Below, piece by piece: positions 27,123 through 32,000 of a stretch of 32,000 nucleotides of DNA. The position numbers and the translations under genes were made by a program. The notes below the pieces were generated by a model. That model saw nothing but the letters and a program-made list of their open reading frames with translations, made no database searches and was not told the origin of the DNA. The first letter of the stretch is position 1. Every line of letters begins with the position of its first letter. Origin of the DNA: Candidatus Brocadia sp. (GTDB taxonomy: Bacteria; Planctomycetota; Brocadiia; Brocadiales; Brocadiaceae). The DNA is taken from assembly GCA_021650915.1 (NCBI GenBank), contig CP091279.1, positions 1,560,001-1,592,000 of the forward strand, in the 5' to 3' direction.

Positions 27123-28133
27123 ATGAAAGAAGCAATGTTTTTTGAAAAACTTGGGGACGATAAGGTAAAATGCTATCTTTGTCGTCACCATTGTATTATC
27201 AATGAAGGCAAAAAAGGTATTTGCCGGGTCAGGGAAAACCGTGCGGGAACACTCTATTCACTTGTCTATAGAAAACTTATCTCTGAAAATATAGACCCGA
27301 TTGAAAAGAAGCCTCTCTTTCACTTTTATCCTGGCAGTACCGCACTTTCTGTGGCAACGGTAGGATGCAATTTCAGGTGCATGAACTGCCAAAATTATGA
27401 AATATCCCAATTGCCAGAAGATCAAGACTCTATTGCAGGCAAAGACATTGCACCAGAAAAGATTGTTGAGGATGCCGTCCGTAATCAGTGTAAAAGTATT
27501 GCATATACGTATACTGAACCCACAATTTTTTTTGAGTATGCATACGAAATTGCAAAAATAGCGTCACAACAATCTGTCAAAAACGTATTCGTAACAAATG
27601 GGTATATAACACGCGAAGCCTTAGCAACAATAAAGCCGTATCTTCATGCAGTTAATATTGACTTAAAAAGCTTCTCCAGCCAAACATATAAAAAAATCTA
27701 CGGCGCTCAGCTGGAGCAGGTGCTTGATGGTATCCGTTCTTATAAAGAAATGGGAATCTGGATAGAAATTACCACCCTGATCATTCCAGAAATTAACGAT
27801 TCAGCATCGGAATTGCGACAGATTGCTGGGTTTATAAAGAGTGTTGGGCCCGAGATCCCCTGGCATGTGAGTCGTTTTTACCCGCGGTACCGGCTCATGG
27901 GAAAACCGCCAACGCCGGTAGATACGTTAAAAATGGCTCGTAATATAGGTCTTGAGGTAGGTCTCCGTTATGTCTACGAAGGGAATGTTCCTGGCGAAGG
28001 CGGTGAAAATACCTATTGCTACCATTGTAAAAGGCTCCTTATCAAAAGATACGGATACCAGATCCTCGAAAACGACATCGTCAATCTAAGGTGTCCATCA
28101 TGCAACACAACCATCGACGGAATTGGTATATAG
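27123..28133 (+). CDS. radical SAM enzyme, AmmeMemoRadiSam-system type (PflA/NrdG activase superfamily)
   Basis: 336 aa. N-terminal Cys cluster KCYLCRHHCIINEGKKGICRVREN, DPIEKKPLFHFYPGS, and the radical SAM CxxxCxxC seen as GCNFRCMNCQNYEISQ. This block order matches the TIGR04337-type family as I recall it. Confidence 0.8.
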   Translation: MKEAMFFEKLGDDKVKCYLCRHHCIINEGKKGICRVRENRAGTLYSLVYRKLISENIDPIEKKPLFHFYPGSTALSVATVGCNFRCMNCQNYEISQLPEDQDSIAGKDIAPEKIVEDAVRNQCKSIAYTYTEPTIFFEYAYEIAKIASQQSVKNVFVTNGYITREALATIKPYLHAVNIDLKSFSSQTYKKIYGAQLEQVLDGIRSYKEMGIWIEITTLIIPEINDSASELRQIAGFIKSVGPEIPWHVSRFYPRYRLMGKPPTPVDTLKMARNIGLEVGLRYVYEGNVPGEGGENTYCYHCKRLLIKRYGYQILENDIVNLRCPSCNTTIDGIGI

Positions 28134-28158
28134 ACATACACATTTATTGGAGGATCTT

Positions 28159-28617
28159 ATGATTGTATTAAAGAAAATACTATGCCCGGTAGACCACTCC
28201 GAGTGTTCGTATCTCGCCTTAAAGTACGCCATTTCACTGGCATTAAAGGACGAAGCACAATTATACCTTATGCATGTAATTGATGTGCGTTTATACGATA
28301 CGGAAATTTATAAATTCAGCCCTTATAAACTTAACGAGATCGATTTGAACAAGACCAGGGAAGATCTGATAAAAAGCCTGCCGGAAGGAACCTCAGACGT
28401 TCTGAACGTAGAAACAATTGTCGTAAAAGGCGTACCCTTCCAAGAGATAATTACTGCAGCAGCCTCAATCAACGCAGATATTATTGTAATCGGCACCCAT
28501 GGCAGGACCGGCCTCTCCCATGCCATTATGGGCAGCGTTGCAGAAAAAGTGGTAAGAAAAGCGCCCTGTCCGGTACTTACGGTCAGGATGCCGCACACTA
28601 TGCCTCACAAAGATTAA
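28159..28617 (+). CDS. universal stress protein (UspA family)
   Basis: MIVLKKILCPVDHSE... and the C-terminal ATP-binding motif IGTHGRTGLSHAIMGSVAEKVVRKAPCPVLTV. GGAGGA precedes ATG 28159, and the track ORF from 28123 is an upstream extension. Confidence 0.85.
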   Translation: MIVLKKILCPVDHSECSYLALKYAISLALKDEAQLYLMHVIDVRLYDTEIYKFSPYKLNEIDLNKTREDLIKSLPEGTSDVLNVETIVVKGVPFQEIITAAASINADIIVIGTHGRTGLSHAIMGSVAEKVVRKAPCPVLTVRMPHTMPHKD

Positions 28618-28634
28618 TCGTAAATGCCTTGATT

Positions 28635-28686
28635 AAAAAAACAAGCCATTGCAGCGTATAGTGTGCGCTGCAATGGCTCTTTTTTC
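28635..28686. terminator. bidirectional rho-independent terminator
   Basis: An A-run (28635-28641), the stem agccattgcagcg / cgctgcaatggct (28644-28678), then a T-run cttttttc. It lies between the convergent usp and nrdD-like genes. Confidence 0.75.
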
Positions 28687-28722
28687 AACAGGTTCTTGGG
28701 AAAAATTTACCCCCGATTATAT

Positions 28723-29115
28723 TTACCGGACTGAATACCTTCCCATATGTCTGTCATGTAGTTCACCAATTTTTGATTTGTTCCAGTTAGATACCCTGCT
28801 GTAATATCCCACTATTCGCGTAACTCCATAAAGACGAGTCGTAATCCCTGTCTCAAGAGCGTGAATAACTGATTCCACATCCTGACGAATCACGGAATCA
28901 ACATCTATGGCAAACGCGCATTCCAGTTTATGGTTAATAATCTTTATACAATCTTCTTTCGGGGTATTTCCCAGAATATCTCCATCTATCTCTAGAAATT
29001 CATGCCTTTCTATCGCTGAATCAAAGGCATTAATCTTTTCTTCTATTAATATCTGTATATTTTCCTTGCTAATGTCGCCCTGCACCATAGAATTTTCCAG
29101 TATTGCTGTTGTCAT
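28723..29115 (-). CDS. stand-alone small protein with NrdD-type (class III RNR) C-terminal glycyl-radical motif
   Basis: 130 aa, with AAGGAG 9 nt upstream of the ATG (complement of 29113-29115). The C-terminus LYGVTRIVGYYSRVSNWNKSKIGELHDRHMGRY resembles the NrdD glycyl-radical loop (R-[IV]-x-G-Y ... N-x-x-K ... E ... R). There is no catalytic barrel and none of the Zn-ribbon cysteines that precede the motif in full-length NrdD. Confidence 0.65.
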   Translation of the reverse strand: MTTAILENSMVQGDISKENIQILIEEKINAFDSAIERHEFLEIDGDILGNTPKEDCIKIINHKLECAFAIDVDSVIRQDVESVIHALETGITTRLYGVTRIVGYYSRVSNWNKSKIGELHDRHMGRYSVR

Positions 29116-29362
29116 TCTTCATATCTCCTTATGTATTGTTATTCGTTTTTTATCCTCTGCCACGCCATTTTCATTGATAAACAACCACCGTGTTTATGCA
29201 ATACGGTACCACAAACAAAGTAACACTTCTTCTAATGATATCTCACCTGACCGCACACCTCCATTTCTTTACGAAATTTTATCAAAATAACAGACATACA
29301 ATATGTAGTACACCACGGACATGCACATTTATATCAAAAAAATTTAACATGTCAAGCAAAAA

Positions 29363-29409
29363 ACACAAGGTTTTGTACATCATTCAATCGCAAACACAAT
29401 ATATTGATC
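29363..29409. promoter_or_regulatory. two NrdR-box-like palindromes with 31-bp start-to-start spacing (tentative)
   Basis: acacaaggttttgtac (29363-29378) matches 11 of 16 positions, and acacaatatattgatc (29394-29409) matches 13 of 16, against the NrdR box consensus acaCwAtATaTwGtgt as I remember it. Tandem NrdR boxes are classically about 31-32 bp centre to centre. The AT-rich background raises the chance-match rate. Confidence 0.25.
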
Positions 29410-29616
29410 GTAACTACTTTGTTATTAAACAGTTGGCAGAGTAAAAAAGGAGAGAGGCTTGACGAAAGAAAAAACCCTCCACTTATGGCAAAAATAGTTT
29501 CAGGGAAAAACGAAACCATAAAGAAAAGGAGGGCGATATGGGAGTTAATCCATACACAGATGGTATTACAAGGAATAAGGCGGAAAAGAGACAAAACGTC
29601 CTTGCTATAGGTGTCT

Positions 29617-29904
29617 TCAGCCTTCCCGGAAGTTTACGCGACGCGTGCAACGCCGATGCGCTTCGCCAATTGCCTGACTAAGCGCCTTTTCAGACGGCGG
29701 AACTGCAATCAGGTGTACATGGTTTGGCATCAGACAATAGGCCCATACTTCAACGTTCCAGTGTGAACACCACTGAGACATTAGGTCTATGTATGCCTCA
29801 TAGTCATCGTCACAGAAGAATGTTTGTAAACGTCGATTTCCCCGCTGAGTAACATGGTGTGGAACTTCCGGTACGACTACACGAGCAATTCTGGACATGT
29901 ACAC
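29617..29904 (-). pseudogene. IS200/IS605-type Y1 (HUH) transposase of the RAYT kind, 3'-truncated
   Basis: The 95-aa ORF MYMSRIARVVVPEVPHHVTQRGNRRLQTFFCDDDYEAYIDLM...WAYCLMPNHVHLIAVP carries the HUH motif (HVH). It stops at ...RRVNFREG, before the GHLWQGRF block and the catalytic Tyr helix expected in full-length members. The other two frames downstream show no continuation. Confidence 0.6.
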
Positions 29905-29914
29905 ATCTTAACTA

Positions 29915-31763
29915 GTGTTTGAACGGAAACCCCCCAGAGCCCTGTAAAGTAAGGAGAAGCTGGTGAAAAATGTTCATGAAAGTCATTGAATTTTTTCGGG
30001 TAAAAGGGTAAAATATGGCGAAAATGAAGGGATTCTGGGTATAAAGAGTCCAAATATTCGGTTCATTAACCCACTAGCCAAAGGACATTCGATAGAAGAT
30101 GAGAAAGAGATTTGAGCAGCAATTGAAGCTTGGCATCATACCCATTTCAGGGGTAAAACTGCCAATAAAGAGTCGAGATGAGCTACCACCGATACTGAGG
30201 GCGTTGCAACATATCTATGTTACACCGGAGTTGAACGAGGAGGTATTCCGGATATTAGAGGCGAAGGTAACGAAGGGGAAGAAAAAGACGGGAAGATATG
30301 GGATGGATTTATGGCATATTTTGGTGTTGTCGGTGGTAAGATTAGGGTTAGATGCCGATTATGACAGGTTGGAGGATTTTGCCAACCATCACAAACTTAT
30401 CAGGCAGATAATGGGGGTTGAGACGGCATTTGGAGAGGCGAAGGTTTTTTCGATGCAGAGCATCAAGGACAATATAAGATTGTTGGATGAGGAGACCCTC
30501 AGGCAGATAAATGAAGTGGTGATATCATCGGGGCATCAGTTGGTTAAAAAAAAGGACGAAGGACTGTGTATTAAGGTGGATACGTATGTGTTAGAGACGA
30601 ATGTACACTTTCCGACCGATATGAATTTATTGTGGGATGCGGGACGCAAGAGTCTGGACATGATAGAGGATGCAATAGAGGAAGGCATCCTGGCGGGGAA
30701 AGGATGGCGCAAGAGCAAATATTGGAGGAGAGAGTTAAAAAAGCTGATGAGGATAAGCGCAAAGGCGTCAAGCAGCGGGGGGAAAAACAAGGAAGAGCAT
30801 GTGAGGAGTTACTTGGAATTATCGAGGGGTTTGAGTGAAAAGATAGGAGCGAGTCTGTTAGCCATCTACGAAAAGGTGCTAACGACGAACCAGGTAGACA
30901 AGCATGCAGGGAAAATAGGGACACTGGAGTATTTTCACGGGATGTTGAATAAACAGATAGACCTGGTGGAGAGAAGGGTGATCCGGGATGAGGTAATACC
31001 GGCGGCAGAAAAGGTTCATTCGTTGTTTGAGCCGCATACGGAGTGGCTGTACAAAGGCAAGTCAAACAAAAGGGTAGAGTTGGGACATAATATTCTGGTA
31101 GCAAGCGATCAGTGGGGTTTCATCGTGGACCATGTGGTAGGAGAAAAACAGGCGGATGTATCGTTGGTAATTCCATTGGCAGATAGGTTGTTGAGCCGTT
31201 ACGGAGAAGGCACAATAAAGAGTATAAGTTTTGATAAAGGTTTTTACAAGAAAGAGAATAAAGAGTTGCTGAGTTTGTATATACCAGAGGTAATCCTTCC
31301 CAAGAAGGGCAAGAAGAATAAGGCGGAACAGGAAGAGGAATCGGGTAAGACATTTAAGAAGCTAAGGCACAAGCACTCGGCGGTAGAATCGGATATCAAT
31401 CGTTTGGAGCATCACGGCTTGGATAGGTGTCCGGACAAAGGGCTGCATGCCTTTAAAAGATATTGTGCAATGGGCGTGTTAGCTGCGAATTTGCACAAGC
31501 TGGGAAACGTGCTGCAGGAGAAGGCACGGAAGCAGTGCGAAAAGTTGCGAAAAGCCGCCTAAGCAAGCAAAAAACACGAAGAAAAACAGTCTGCCGGGAG
31601 GCAGGTACGCCCAGACAAGGCTAAAATAAAGGGGAAAACAAGGGAAATATGTAAAAGAACAGTATTTTTGCCAAAAACCCTAATCTCAAATCTTAAAATT
31701 ATCTATTGGTAAATAGAAAATCGACCTCGCACTTTTACAAAAAGTGCGTTTTCGTTCAGACAC
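29915..31763 (+). mobile_element. DDE insertion sequence, copy 1 (IS4/IS5/IS1182-like; family unresolved)
   Basis: The terminal inverted repeats gtgtttgaacggaaac (29915-29930) and gttttcgttcagacac (31748-31763) match at 14 of 16 positions as reverse complements (16 of 18 if the flanking TA is included). A single 487-aa transposase ORF lies inside. The whole unit repeats with period 1855 bp. Confidence 0.85.
30099..31562 (+). CDS. DDE transposase of the IS
   Basis: 487 aa. Candidate DDE residues lie in KVDTYVLETNVHFPTDMNLLWD, SISFDKGFYKKEN and HSAVESDINRLEHHGLDR. This architecture is typical of IS4/IS5/IS1182-type transposases. The family assignment needs a database search. Confidence 0.8.
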   Translation: MRKRFEQQLKLGIIPISGVKLPIKSRDELPPILRALQHIYVTPELNEEVFRILEAKVTKGKKKTGRYGMDLWHILVLSVVRLGLDADYDRLEDFANHHKLIRQIMGVETAFGEAKVFSMQSIKDNIRLLDEETLRQINEVVISSGHQLVKKKDEGLCIKVDTYVLETNVHFPTDMNLLWDAGRKSLDMIEDAIEEGILAGKGWRKSKYWRRELKKLMRISAKASSSGGKNKEEHVRSYLELSRGLSEKIGASLLAIYEKVLTTNQVDKHAGKIGTLEYFHGMLNKQIDLVERRVIRDEVIPAAEKVHSLFEPHTEWLYKGKSNKRVELGHNILVASDQWGFIVDHVVGEKQADVSLVIPLADRLLSRYGEGTIKSISFDKGFYKKENKELLSLYIPEVILPKKGKKNKAEQEEESGKTFKKLRHKHSAVESDINRLEHHGLDRCPDKGLHAFKRYCAMGVLAANLHKLGNVLQEKARKQCEKLRKAA

Positions 31764-31769
31764 TAACTA

Positions 31770-32000
31770 GTGTTTGAACGGAAACCCCCCAGAGCCCTGT
31801 AAAGTAAGGAGAAGCTGGTGAAAAATGTTCATGAAAGTCATTGAATTTTTTCGGGTAAAAGGGTAAAATATGGCGAAAATGAAGGGATTCTGGGTATAAA
31901 GAGTCCAAATATTCGGTTCATTAACCCACTAGCCAAAGGACATTCGATAGAAGATGAGAAAGAGATTTGAGCAGCAATTGAAGCTTGGCATCATACCCAT
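31770..32000 (+). mobile_element. same IS, copy 2, head-to-tail with copy 1; truncated by window edge
   Basis: 31764-32000 is identical by eye, base for base, to 29909-30145 (237 nt), including the left IR and the 5' UTR. Confidence 0.85.
31954..32000 (+). CDS. DDE transposase of IS copy 2 (first 15 codons only)
   Basis: The ATG at 31954 equals 30099 + 1855, and the sequence MRKRFEQQLKLGIIP is identical to copy 1. Confidence 0.8.
   Translation, partial: MRKRFEQQLKLGIIP

Noticed and set aside
29190-29610. ORFs 29190-29444(+), 29404-29610(+) and 29352-29594(-) in the AT-rich leader
   Set aside because: They mutually overlap on both strands in low-complexity AT-rich DNA, with no recognisable family and no convincing RBS. 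The region is treated as non-coding.

Overview
This is a 32-kb, gene-dense bacterial chromosomal window with genes on both strands. Most of it is ordinary housekeeping. It holds carA (partial, minus strand, missed by the ORF track), an SDR sugar epimerase, a CDP-alcohol phosphatidyltransferase, ribBA, an APC amino-acid permease and a HicB-like antitoxin. It also holds ampG, a secreted DUF4139-like protein, corA, aroA, ribD, an FGE/SUMF1-domain protein, a PfkB kinase, a YbgC-type thioesterase, hflK-hflC and dapA. The right-hand part adds a fatty-acid-hydroxylase/sterol-desaturase-family protein, an AmmeMemoRadiSam-type radical SAM enzyme and a universal stress protein. Four things are not ordinary. 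(1) 11232-14834(-) is a partly very AT-rich single gene for a 1200-aa patatin-like phospholipase. Its catalytic Ser and Asp lie about 830 residues apart, separated by two polytopic membrane blocks and an internally duplicated soluble insert, and an inverted pair of MITE-like elements brackets the gene. This is my top candidate for an undescribed system, possibly defence/abortive infection or membrane remodelling. (2) 28723-29115(-) encodes a 130-aa stand-alone protein ending in a class III RNR (NrdD)-type glycyl-radical motif. It is convergent with a PflA/NrdG-superfamily radical SAM gene that lacks its usual AMMECR1/Memo partners, and two NrdR-box-like palindromes 31 bp apart lie upstream of it. 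(3) The intergenic DNA is saturated with GTAG-footed REP-like hairpins and four copies of a 130-160 bp nested-palindrome MITE, and the window also carries a truncated RAYT/IS200-type Y1 transposase gene. (4) 29909-32000 holds head-to-tail tandem copies (period 1855 bp) of a DDE insertion sequence with abutted ends. The taxon cannot be proven from sequence alone. Gene content and repeat style fit a planctomycete/anammox-type genome, but that is a guess.
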